A stretch of DNA of 50,528 bases, taken from positions 1 through 50,528 of the forward strand of contig CAZOQG010000001.1 of the NCBI GenBank assembly GCA_964582065.1, read 5' to 3'. This document shows positions 1-7,805 of the stretch, in pieces. Source of the DNA: an uncultured Dehalococcoidales bacterium. GTDB taxonomy: Bacteria > Chloroflexota > Dehalococcoidia > GIF9 > UBA5629. The position numbers and the translations under genes are program-made. Numbering within the stretch: position 1 is the stretch's first letter; every line of letters begins with the position of its first letter. Below the pieces are notes generated by a model. It was not told the DNA's origin and searched no databases. It saw only the letters and a program-made list of their open reading frames with translations.

Positions 1-1049
1 TCCCCGCAGAAATCATTACTGCGCTTGAACTGGTCCCGTACCGGACATACGGAGATATGACTGAGCCGGTCACTGATGCCGATAGGGCCTTACCCGCAGC
101 ATTCTGTCCTATTATGCGCACCTGTCTCGATTGCGCATTGAAAGCCAAAGATGATTTCCTGGATGGGATAGCCGCCACTCATTCCTGCGACCCTCAAGAG
201 AAAACGGCTCGTGTCTGGCAATCCTACATTAGCTATCCTTATTTCCACTTTATGGATATGCCCGGCACGGTTCGTCCAGAGGCCCTGGAATATTTCAAAG
301 GACAGTTAAACGATTTCAGGAAGACGTTGGAGTCCTTCGCAGGAAAAGAACTGTCCCCAGCCAAACTCAAGGCAGCCATTGAGGCTCATAATCAACAGCG
401 AGCCCTGGTAAGACAACTACACGAGCTAACCAAGCCGGCTCCGCCTCTCATATCGGGAACAGAAATCGTTCAAGTGACAAAGGCTTTGATGAGCCTCCCT
501 GTTGCCGAGGGCAACGAGTTACTGGCGCAAGTTGCAGCCGAGATCAAGGAGCGCGCAGGTGGCCCGGAAAAGAAACCAGCACGGCTTCTCGTCTGGAGCG
601 GCTCTCTAGATAACGCAGACCTCATGCAAATACTCGAAGCTGGAGCAAATGTGGTGATGAATGAGAGTTGCGGCGGCATCAGAGCCTACAGAGCCGACGT
701 GAAGCTCACTACTGACCCGCTAGATGGACTGGCTCGTTACTATCTAGAGGAAATCACCTGCGCCCGCACCTTTAGGGAAGCTGTCCTCGGTGAGACCAGC
801 AAAGATTATAAGAAAGACCTGGAAAGCCGGTTCGGCTATCTGAAAGGCCTTGCCAAGGAATGGAATGTCAATGGCGCTATCCTTATACTCGTCAGGTATT
901 GTGACCCCTTCGCTTTCGAAATGCCAAATCTCAAGGACTACTTCGATAGCCTCGGCATTCCCAGCACCTACATAGAATACGATTACACGGAGGGAGCCTT
1001 GGCACCGTTGAGAACAAGGGTTGAAGCTTTCCTGGAGACAATTAGCTAG
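1..1049 (+). CDS. 2-hydroxyacyl-CoA dehydratase / benzoyl-CoA reductase family, non-ATPase (HgdB/BcrB-like) subunit; 5' end cut by the window edge
   Basis: Frame 3 is open from nt 3 (PAEIITALELVPYRTYGD precedes the first Met at 57), so the gene starts upstream of the window. It has the general HGD-D-family look with conserved Cys contexts (AFCPIMRTC, HSCDP, ESCGG, RYCDPF). Two BcrAD/BadFG ATPase genes follow directly. Stop TAG at 1047-1049. Confidence 0.7.
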   Translation, partial: PAEIITALELVPYRTYGDMTEPVTDADRALPAAFCPIMRTCLDCALKAKDDFLDGIAATHSCDPQEKTARVWQSYISYPYFHFMDMPGTVRPEALEYFKGQLNDFRKTLESFAGKELSPAKLKAAIEAHNQQRALVRQLHELTKPAPPLISGTEIVQVTKALMSLPVAEGNELLAQVAAEIKERAGGPEKKPARLLVWSGSLDNADLMQILEAGANVVMNESCGGIRAYRADVKLTTDPLDGLARYYLEEITCARTFREAVLGETSKDYKKDLESRFGYLKGLAKEWNVNGAILILVRYCDPFAFEMPNLKDYFDSLGIPSTYIEYDYTEGALAPLRTRVEAFLETIS

Positions 1050-1071
1050 AAACGCCGCTCAAGAGGTCCGC

Positions 1072-1914
1072 TTGTATTTCGCCGGGGTCGACATAGGTTC
1101 CACCATGACCAAGACTGTCCTTATGGACACGAATGGCAAGGTTTTGTCTGCCATCAAAGGCCCTACCGGCCCCGAACACCGCCAGCTAGCCAACGAGGTT
1201 ATGAAAATGGCGCTGGAGCAAGCCGGACTGCAACTTGAGGACATCTCCTACGTTGTAGCCACCGGCTACGGGCGGCTAAACGTCCCTTTCGCTGACCGCC
1301 AGATTACAGAACTGACCTGTCATGCCAGAGGGGTATCGAGCTTGTTTCCCAATGTCAGAACGGCCATTGATATCGGCGGGCAAGATGCTAAGTGTATGAA
1401 GATTAATAACGGCAAGCTGCTCAACTTTGCTATGAACGACAAATGCGCCGCCGGGACAGGCAGGTTCCTGGAAGTCATTGCCGCCACACTGGGTATCAAG
1501 CTGGAGGACCTCGGGGATATCTCCCTGAAATCTGCCAAAAAGGTTGAGATTAGCAACCTTTGCACCATCTTTGCCCAGCAAGAGATAGTAGCTCGCCTTT
1601 CCCAGGGAGAAAAGCCGGAAGATATCATAGCTGGGCTTCATGATGCCCTGTCTAGCAGGGTGGCAGCATTGGCGCACAGGCTCAAGATAGAACCTGATGT
1701 GGTGCTTACGGGAGGCGTGGCAAAAAACCTTGGAATAGTCAAGGCCATGAAGGAAAACTTGGGCTGCGAACTCCTCGTTCCAGAAGACCCGCTTCTCACC
1801 GGGGCGATGGGCGCCGCTATCCTGGCAAAGGAACTGTCATCGGCGGCAACAGCCAAAGGCGAGCCTGTCTCGACAAAACCACGTCGCCTGGAAAAGGCTA
1901 CCTTCTTCCAGTAA
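1072..1914 (+). CDS. BcrAD/BadFG-type ATPase subunit (reductase/dehydratase activator family), copy 1
   Basis: Motifs GVDIGSTMTKTV, DIGGQDAK, NDKCAAGTGRFLE and a second cluster Cys (SNLCTIF). The ORF is open from TTG 1021. I prefer TTG 1072, which lies 5 nt behind AAGAGG (1061-1066) and gives MYFAGVDIGST. Confidence 0.85.
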   Translation: MYFAGVDIGSTMTKTVLMDTNGKVLSAIKGPTGPEHRQLANEVMKMALEQAGLQLEDISYVVATGYGRLNVPFADRQITELTCHARGVSSLFPNVRTAIDIGGQDAKCMKINNGKLLNFAMNDKCAAGTGRFLEVIAATLGIKLEDLGDISLKSAKKVEISNLCTIFAQQEIVARLSQGEKPEDIIAGLHDALSSRVAALAHRLKIEPDVVLTGGVAKNLGIVKAMKENLGCELLVPEDPLLTGAMGAAILAKELSSAATAKGEPVSTKPRRLEKATFFQ

Positions 1915-1927
1915 GGAAGCAACCTAA

Positions 1928-2722
1928 ATGGCTTGGTTTATGGGCATCGACATCGGCTCGGCGTACAGTAAGGGAGTCATAACCAGGGATAACCAACTTT
2001 CCGCTTACTACGTGATTCTCTCCGGAGCCAATTACCGAACGGCGGCCGAGACGATAAGACAAGAGCTCTTGGCAAAGGCTAGCCTGGCTCAGGATGATAT
2101 AACCGATACCGTTGCCACCGGTTCTGGCGCCGGCAATGTCTACTTCGCCAGCCAGAAGGTCAGTGACATAGTCTGTACTGCCAGAGGCACAAACAGCGTC
2201 TTCCCCACCGCCAGGACAGCAATCGACGTGGCAGGCCAATCCACAAAGGTGATGCGGATAGATGCTCAGGGGCTTGTGGTCAACTTCGCCGTTAGTGAGA
2301 AGTGTGCTGCCGGAAGCGGCCGATTCATTGAGGTTATTGCCAACGTGCTGCGAATGGATTTGCAGGACTTCGGCCTGCTTGCCCTCAAGTCCAAGAATCC
2401 TATCACTTTCAGCACCGGCTGCGCTGTTTTCGGCGAATCAGAGGCTATCACCAGAGTCAGCGAAGGCATCCCCAAAGAGGATATCGCCGCCGGCGTCAAC
2501 AAAGCCTTGGCCGACAAGGCCTCCTCCCTGATTAAAAAGATCAAGCTCGAAGAGCCATGCGCTATCTGCGGCGGTGGTGCTCTCAACGTCGGCCTCATCA
2601 CGACCATAGAGCATGAGCTGAACATCCAGCTACTGGTGCCTCGTGAACCCCAAATCATCACCGCCCTGGGCGCTGCCATAACCGCCAAGACATCACCTGT
2701 CGCTCCAAATCCTAAATCTTAA
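1928..2722 (+). CDS. BcrAD/BadFG-type ATPase subunit, copy 2 (distinct paralogue)
   Basis: Motifs GIDIGSAYSKGV, DVAGQSTK, SEKCAAGSGRFIE and STGCAVFGE. Starts 13 nt after the previous stop. Clearly diverged from copy 1. Confidence 0.85.
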   Translation: MAWFMGIDIGSAYSKGVITRDNQLSAYYVILSGANYRTAAETIRQELLAKASLAQDDITDTVATGSGAGNVYFASQKVSDIVCTARGTNSVFPTARTAIDVAGQSTKVMRIDAQGLVVNFAVSEKCAAGSGRFIEVIANVLRMDLQDFGLLALKSKNPITFSTGCAVFGESEAITRVSEGIPKEDIAAGVNKALADKASSLIKKIKLEEPCAICGGGALNVGLITTIEHELNIQLLVPREPQIITALGAAITAKTSPVAPNPKS

Positions 2723-2865
2723 TTTCTAAACCCTAAACAAATTCAAAATCCAAAAAGGAGTCCGGGCGCGTTGCTCCAAGGAGCAAGAAAACAATATCTC
2801 CATTTTTATCTGTCATTTTCACTTTCAACCTTTAACCTTTGGGTTTTGTTCACCCTCACCTCAAT

Positions 2866-3004
2866 CCTCTCCCACCAAGGGAGAGGGGACAAATGTAGGG
2901 AGGGGGTGGTGGAGAGATCCTTCGCTGAGCTCAGGACAAGCTCTGAAGGTCTGTCCCTACATTGCTGGCGAGTGCCAGCATGTAGTGCGAGGCTTTAGCC
3001 TCGC
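2866..3004. repeat. Cluster of perfect hairpins plus a REP-like motif in a 384-nt intergenic region
   Basis: Three perfect hairpins: CCTCTCCC-accaa-GGGAGAGG (2866-2886), TGCTGGC-gagt-GCCAGCA (2963-2980) and GCGAGGC-ttta-GCCTCGC (2987-3004). The motif GAGATCCTTCGCTGAGCTCAGGA (2914-2936) recurs in reverse complement at 35953-35975. The 75-aa ORF 2771-2998 is judged an artefact of this repeat. Confidence 0.55.
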
Positions 3005-3106
3005 TTAAGGCGACCTCGAAAGGTTCCACTATGTATGGTAAGCAATAAGACAGACTGAAAGCACCATAGCAAGAAACGAATCGAGTTTTGAATAAGGAGT
3101 CGAAAG

Positions 3107-3613
3107 ATGATCAGAGATTTCAAGGGCAAGAGCCCCAAAATTGCACCATCGGCATTCGTTAGCGAAACCGCCTACGTCATCGGAGATGTCGAAATCGGCG
3201 AAAACTCCAATATCTGGCCGGGAGCGGTCATCAGGGCGGATTTTGGCAAAACAACCATTGGACACAACACCAGCATTGAAGATAATTGCGTTGTGCATAG
3301 CGGAACTGACGTCACCATTGGGAATGGCGTAATTATCGGACACGGAGCCGTTATCCACTGCCGCAGGATCGGCAGCAATGTTCTGGTGGGCAACAATGCC
3401 ACTATCCTTGATAACGCCGAGATCGGCGATTTCTGTATTGTTGGCGCCGGCTCTCTGATAACGTCGGGAACGAAGATCCCAGACCATTCATTGGCTATCG
3501 GCGTGCCAGCCCGAATAAAGGGCCAGCTATCTCCAGAACAACTGGCCGAGCTAAAAAACGGTGCAGAGATTTATACAAAGCTGGCCCAGAAGTATAAGCA
3601 ACAAGGGCTTTGA
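3107..3613 (+). CDS. Gamma-carbonic-anhydrase-like / PaaY-like left-handed beta-helix (hexapeptide repeat) protein
   Basis: N-terminus MIRDFKGKSPKIAPSAFVSETAYVIGDVEIGENSNIWPGAVIRAD followed by successive hexapeptide repeats (IGHNTSIEDNCVVH, IGNGVIIGHGAVIH). RBS AAGGAG lies upstream. Confidence 0.85.
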   Translation: MIRDFKGKSPKIAPSAFVSETAYVIGDVEIGENSNIWPGAVIRADFGKTTIGHNTSIEDNCVVHSGTDVTIGNGVIIGHGAVIHCRRIGSNVLVGNNATILDNAEIGDFCIVGAGSLITSGTKIPDHSLAIGVPARIKGQLSPEQLAELKNGAEIYTKLAQKYKQQGL

Positions 3614-3877
3614 GGAACAAAGGGCCGCTCGGACGGGGAGGTGAGAGGGCCCCTGATGTGCTGGACGAGCACAGTTCCTTTGATCTCTCAGAACCGAGAG
3701 ACGAGCTACCAGAGTAGTACAGGACGTGTAATACAGTTAGAGCGTGCCACGCTGGGTTACCCAACCCCCTCAAGTCTTTGCTGACAGGAACTTGCAGTGC
3801 GACTAAAGTCCTACCCCAAACGTGACCTACTGGTGATTTACGTTCGGTGGCATTCGGAGGAAAATTGGGCGAGGAGG

Positions 3878-4444
3878 ATGGCAATGAGAAGGAAAACGCA
3901 TTTCAGCTTACGGCTATTGGGACTGGTCACAGTCCTCTTGATTGGCACGGTGACCTGGACAGGGTGCCAGGGATGTGTGATACAACCCGGCATGTCCCCG
4001 GAGGGCTGGTGCTGCGATGCCGGCAACGTCGCCCCTTGCTCCGAGGATGAGTGCCACAGCTGGGGAGGCGAGTTTTTCCCCACCGAGCATGAGGCCATAG
4101 CGCACTGCCAGGGTCAGATGCAGGACCAGATGCCAGGCGAGGGCTGGTGCTGCGATGGCGGCAACGTCTCCCCTTGCTCCGAGGATGAATGCCATAGCTG
4201 GGGAGGCGCCTTCTTCCTATACGAGCACGAGGCCATAGCTCACTGCCAGGGTTCAGCATCTGGTCCCTCACCTCCAGGTAAGCCAGTCATCAACTACTTC
4301 ACCGCTACCCCGAACCCAGTCTCCCCCACCGGGACGGTAACTCTAGCGTGGGAGGTTTCCAGGGCTAATAAAGTGACCCTACGGCGTGATGGTAGCTTAC
4401 CAGAGCAAGGGTGCGGTGATAACCACGAGAGGTATGCCCATTGA
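3878..4444 (+). CDS. Lipoprotein with a tandemly duplicated Cys-rich module, followed by the start of an Ig-like domain
   Basis: Signal peptide with lipobox (LLGLVTVLLIGTVTWTGC). Start is ATG 3878 or 3884, behind GAGGAGG. The module EGWCCD-GNV-PCSEDECHSWGG-F---EHEAIAHCQG occurs twice. The frame ends prematurely at 4444, while the Ig-like domain continues in another frame. Confidence 0.6.
   Translation: MAMRRKTHFSLRLLGLVTVLLIGTVTWTGCQGCVIQPGMSPEGWCCDAGNVAPCSEDECHSWGGEFFPTEHEAIAHCQGQMQDQMPGEGWCCDGGNVSPCSEDECHSWGGAFFLYEHEAIAHCQGSASGPSPPGKPVINYFTATPNPVSPTGTVTLAWEVSRANKVTLRRDGSLPEQGCGDNHERYAH
4001..4252 (+). repeat. Tandem 138-nt (46-codon) in-frame duplication inside the lipoprotein gene
   Basis: Copy 1 is 4001-4114 and copy 2 is 4139-4252. 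Both begin GAGGGCTGGTGCTGCGATG and end CACTGCCAGGGT, with scattered substitutions. Confidence 0.9.
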
Positions 4445-4583
4445 AGTCAAAGCAATCGGGAGCCGCCAAGACGACTTCCTTGTTCATCCTGTGCAGTGGG
4501 GCATCCCCCATCCGTATAAGCTAACGGCCCAGAATGCGACTGGGGCTGTTACTAAAGAAGTTACGGTTACCGTCACGCCATAG
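4377..4583 (+). pseudogene. Out-of-frame continuation of the 3878-4444 lipoprotein gene (second half of the Ig-like domain)
   Basis: This frame is open from 4377 and reads PYGVMVAYQSKGAVITTRGMPIEVKAIG...YKLTAQNATGAVTKEVTVTVTP. That is the expected end of the beta-sandwich begun by INYFTATPNPVSPTGTVTLAWEVSRANKVTL in the other frame. Confidence 0.5.
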
Positions 4584-4861
4584 CCACCGGGCTTAGTATT
4601 GCCATAGCCTGAATGCTAAGCTGGCCGAGGAGTAGAGGCAGCAAGCAGGGCTTTCAGGCACTAAGGGCCCGCAAGAATAGCGAGGGCTGATATCAGGAGC
4701 GGCTTTGCCCTTGCTCCTCATGGAGGTTTGCCACTATCTCCTTCACCTTCCGGTCTCCTAGTACCAATCTACTAGAGAGAGTAGGGCTTTCAGCGCATTT
4801 ACAAAACGACAAGGAAGCCCTATCATATTTGTTCCGAAAATAGACTGTCGCACCCTGGCCC

Positions 4862-4951
4862 GGGTAGATTGGAGCATCGGCTCCAATCATGCCTAGAGCA
4901 GATGCTCTAGGCTACCCATACTTTCATAATTCGCTGGTGGGCATGTGCCCA
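4862..4951. repeat. Nested perfect palindromes forming a Y-shaped structure, plus a 14-nt palindrome
   Basis: GATTGGAGC-atcg-GCTCCAATC (4867-4888) and GCCTAGAGCA-ga-TGCTCTAGGC (4891-4912) are both enclosed by GGGTAG (4862-4867) and CTACCC (4912-4917). TGGGCA-tg-TGCCCA follows at 4938-4951. Confidence 0.8.
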
Positions 4952-5016
4952 TGTCCACCTGTTTCGCTTGCGCGAAGCCAGGCTCCGATGGCGATTGGTT
5001 CAACCTCTGTGCTAAG

Positions 5017-5457
5017 ATGTTGCCGACTGATTTGGAGAGGAATCGACCGTTGTTCAAGAAGGTGCATGTATTCAGAGTCAAACCTGGGCAGGAATTACTC
5101 GGTGAGATAGCGCGCCACTGCCAGGAACATGGCATCTCATCGGGTGTGGTTATCGGAATCATTGGCTCGGTGAGGAGCGCTCGGCTCAACTTCCTGATGG
5201 AGCTCCCCGGCAAATACGACAGCGTAGATTATCCCGGCCCACTGGAGATTGTCTGCGCTCAAGGGTCTGTGGCTCTGAAGGGCGACAGCCCCATCATCCA
5301 CATACACATCCAACTTTCGGGGCAAGATACCTGCCGGGGAGGTCATCTCGCTGAGGCGACGGTATTCTCCACGGCCGAGGTGACCATCGGGGAACTCGAT
5401 TACCAGCTCCGGCGCCACCCTGATAGCTACACCGGCCTGAATGAACTGGTTGATTGA
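5017..5457 (+). CDS. PPC / DUF296 domain protein
   Basis: VHVFRVKPGQELLGEIARHCQEHGISSGVVIGIIGSVRSARL...HIHIQLSGQD...GGHLAEATVFSTAEVTI matches the DUF296 pattern. ATG 5017 is preferred over the ORF-track start at 4945, which lies inside the palindrome cluster. Confidence 0.7.
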   Translation: MLPTDLERNRPLFKKVHVFRVKPGQELLGEIARHCQEHGISSGVVIGIIGSVRSARLNFLMELPGKYDSVDYPGPLEIVCAQGSVALKGDSPIIHIHIQLSGQDTCRGGHLAEATVFSTAEVTIGELDYQLRRHPDSYTGLNELVD

Positions 5458-5479
5458 CAGGCTGTGCTCTTGGTTACGA

Positions 5480-6220
5480 CTATTTCTCTATCGCCGCTGG
5501 CTTCTTCAGCGCGTCCAAGGCCTGCTGGAATACCCGGTTAGCGCCTCGAAGGTAGCTCTCCCGCGGCGCGAGTTCACGGCTGACGATGCTGAGAGTCTCA
5601 GGGGACATCTTACCTTCCTCCACAAGCTGGCGTCCGGCCTCTCTCGCGGCTTCAAAGACGTCATCTGGTGACCTGCCCATCTCCATCAAAGGCTTCAGTA
5701 TTTCGCCATGAGGGCGCAACAGCGCCCCAGCGAACTCCGTCCCCATGTTCTTGCACATCGCTCTCACGTGGACAAGTAGCGGGTCGAAGTTGTCCATCTC
5801 CCAAAAGCCAGCGTTGGAGACCAACACCACCTTGCCAGGGTCGCGCGCCTCCCGCAACGGGTGGCGACAGTGACCATCGCGCAGTTCGATGAACGGCTGT
5901 GCCAGTGGTATCAGTCGGTCCAGCAGGTTCTTCATCGGTCCAATCATGCCATCCACGTAGAGCGGTGTGGCCAACACCCAGATGTCGGCCTCGCGTAGCT
6001 TGGGATGAAGCATCTGCATGTCGTCCTTCTGGAAGCACACTCCCGGTGTCTTCAGCCAACAGGTGAAGCAACCCTGGCAGGGATTGATGTTCAGCTTCTT
6101 GGTGTAGAAAAGCTCAACCTCTGCCCCACCCTCCTTCATCCCATCAAGGAAGGGAGTCAAGATAAGGGCCGTATTTCCCTTGTCCATCCTGGGACTCGAA
6201 TTGAATGCCAGTACCTTCAT
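5480..6220 (-). CDS. Iron-sulfur flavoprotein / NADPH-dependent FMN reductase family
   Basis: MKVLAFNSSPRMDKGNT flavodoxin-like N-terminus plus an Isf-type compact Cys motif, CQGCFTCWLKTPGVC (C-x2-C-x2-C-x7-C). Confidence 0.8.
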   Translation of the reverse strand: MKVLAFNSSPRMDKGNTALILTPFLDGMKEGGAEVELFYTKKLNINPCQGCFTCWLKTPGVCFQKDDMQMLHPKLREADIWVLATPLYVDGMIGPMKNLLDRLIPLAQPFIELRDGHCRHPLREARDPGKVVLVSNAGFWEMDNFDPLLVHVRAMCKNMGTEFAGALLRPHGEILKPLMEMGRSPDDVFEAAREAGRQLVEEGKMSPETLSIVSRELAPRESYLRGANRVFQQALDALKKPAAIEK

Positions 6221-6335
6221 TTCTTTTCCTCCTCTTGGCCTTTAATTCAATAGGGAGCCATCCAACCCCATATGACTCCTGCACTGGAGCACCTTCTACT
6301 GCCATGATACTCTACCACCGGTTGAAGGCAGTTAT

Positions 6336-7640
6336 CTAGACTGAGCCGGCTGTTATCTTGAGCTCCTCCTTTAGCCTCGGCGGCTTGCACAGGAGAATCG
6401 CCGCAAAGCCAACGGCTGCTACTACCCACGCAATGATCAAAACGGTGAAATAGGTGCCCTGTACATCATAGAGAAACCCGGCAAGAGGAGCCGCCGCGGC
6501 TTGGACCGCCATCGCAATGGGCGAAGTCAGTCCGCTAATCACCGGAAAAGCATCAGGCCCCCAGTAATTGCCGGTAATGGTGGGGATACAGATATAGACG
6601 GCTCCAAAGCCAAACCCACCCAGCAAGGGATATAGGTAAGCAGCCCACATGGCGGCGGGCGAGACAAACCAGAACAGAACGCTTCCCAGGAGGACACAAA
6701 CAGCGCCGGAGACAAACAGAAAGCGGGGCTCAATAATATCACCCAAAGCGGCGATGGTAAAACGCCCCACAATACTCAGTCCAATGGCCAGGCTGTAGAA
6801 GAAGGCCGCCATAGACGGGTCGAAACCCCGGTCTTGCAGATGAAGGGGACCCTGGCTGTTAACTATCTGCCACAGGAAGAAAGTCCCCACTACAGCTACA
6901 ATCAGAAGCCAAAAGGCGGGCGTCTTTAGAGCACCGCGTGCCGTCCAGCCAACGGGGGTGCGGTAAGTCCGGGCCACCCGGCCCCTGCCAGCTGCCGCTG
7001 CCTTTGTCTCATCCGTACTCAACCCATCGAGATGCTGACCCATGTCAGCCGGCCGGTTACGCACCGCCAACATAACCACCGCTGCTCCTATTATTGACGC
7101 AATGGCGATGATATACCAGCCAATACGCCAGTCCCCACCCATGTCCTGGACAGCGGCGCTGATGAGCTGAGGGGCCAGGAAGCCACCGATAGCCCCACCA
7201 CCCAAGACTAGGCCCAGAGCCAGGGCACGGCGGGCACTAAACCACGAGATGACTACTGTCTGGACCGGGATCATCGAGGCCAGCGATAGGCCTAAGCCAG
7301 TGAACAAGCAAAGAACAAGGTATATGGGATAGATGTGACCTGCCAGGCCCAACAGGAACGTAGCCACAGCGATAATCAGCCCTCCAATAGACATAGTAAG
7401 CCTGGCTCCAAAGCGGCCAATCATCCAGGCAGTGAAAGGGCCGGTAATACCCATGAACAGCAGCATGGCGGTGAATCCAACCATTGTCTCCCCACGCGAC
7501 CATCCCATGTCTCCAATCATGAACGGATAGAGCACCACCGGACTGTAGAAGGCGAAACCAATCGGAATAGTATAGACAATCCACAGGAAGAACAGCAGCC
7601 ACCACCCGTAGAAACCCTTTGCCTGTGTCTTAGCTTCCAT
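6336..7640 (-). CDS. MFS transporter (12 TMS, oxalate/formate-antiporter-like look)
   Basis: 434 aa, highly hydrophobic, with two 6-helix halves separated by a charged loop (RNRPADMGQHLDGLSTDETKAAAAGRGR). Confidence 0.85.
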   Translation of the reverse strand: MEAKTQAKGFYGWWLLFFLWIVYTIPIGFAFYSPVVLYPFMIGDMGWSRGETMVGFTAMLLFMGITGPFTAWMIGRFGARLTMSIGGLIIAVATFLLGLAGHIYPIYLVLCLFTGLGLSLASMIPVQTVVISWFSARRALALGLVLGGGAIGGFLAPQLISAAVQDMGGDWRIGWYIIAIASIIGAAVVMLAVRNRPADMGQHLDGLSTDETKAAAAGRGRVARTYRTPVGWTARGALKTPAFWLLIVAVVGTFFLWQIVNSQGPLHLQDRGFDPSMAAFFYSLAIGLSIVGRFTIAALGDIIEPRFLFVSGAVCVLLGSVLFWFVSPAAMWAAYLYPLLGGFGFGAVYICIPTITGNYWGPDAFPVISGLTSPIAMAVQAAAAPLAGFLYDVQGTYFTVLIIAWVVAAVGFAAILLCKPPRLKEELKITAGSV

Positions 7641-7739
7641 AACTTAGCATCTCTTTCCAGCTTCCGGGAGGTGAAACAAAGGTGAGCTTCCTATTATACC
7701 ACCATATGACATGTTTCAAAGAACCCTTTTCAGGCGATA

Positions 7740-7768
7740 TTGCCAGACCAGGTCTGGCCTCGTATAAT
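7740..7768 (+). promoter_or_regulatory. Sigma-70-type promoter with a palindromic operator, upstream of the VOC gene
   Basis: TTGCCA (7740-7745), 17-nt spacer, TATAAT (7763-7768). The spacer carries the perfect 15-nt palindrome CCAGACC-a-GGTCTGG (7743-7757). Confidence 0.55.
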
Positions 7769-7805
7769 AGGCAAGTGTAAATCTAAATAACAGGAGGCAA
7801 ACAAA

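Noticed and set aside
4693-4890. A 65-aa minus-strand ORF in the palindrome-rich intergenic region.
   Set aside because: It has no RBS, its start codon is embedded in the hairpin cluster, and I recognise no motif. It is probably non-coding.
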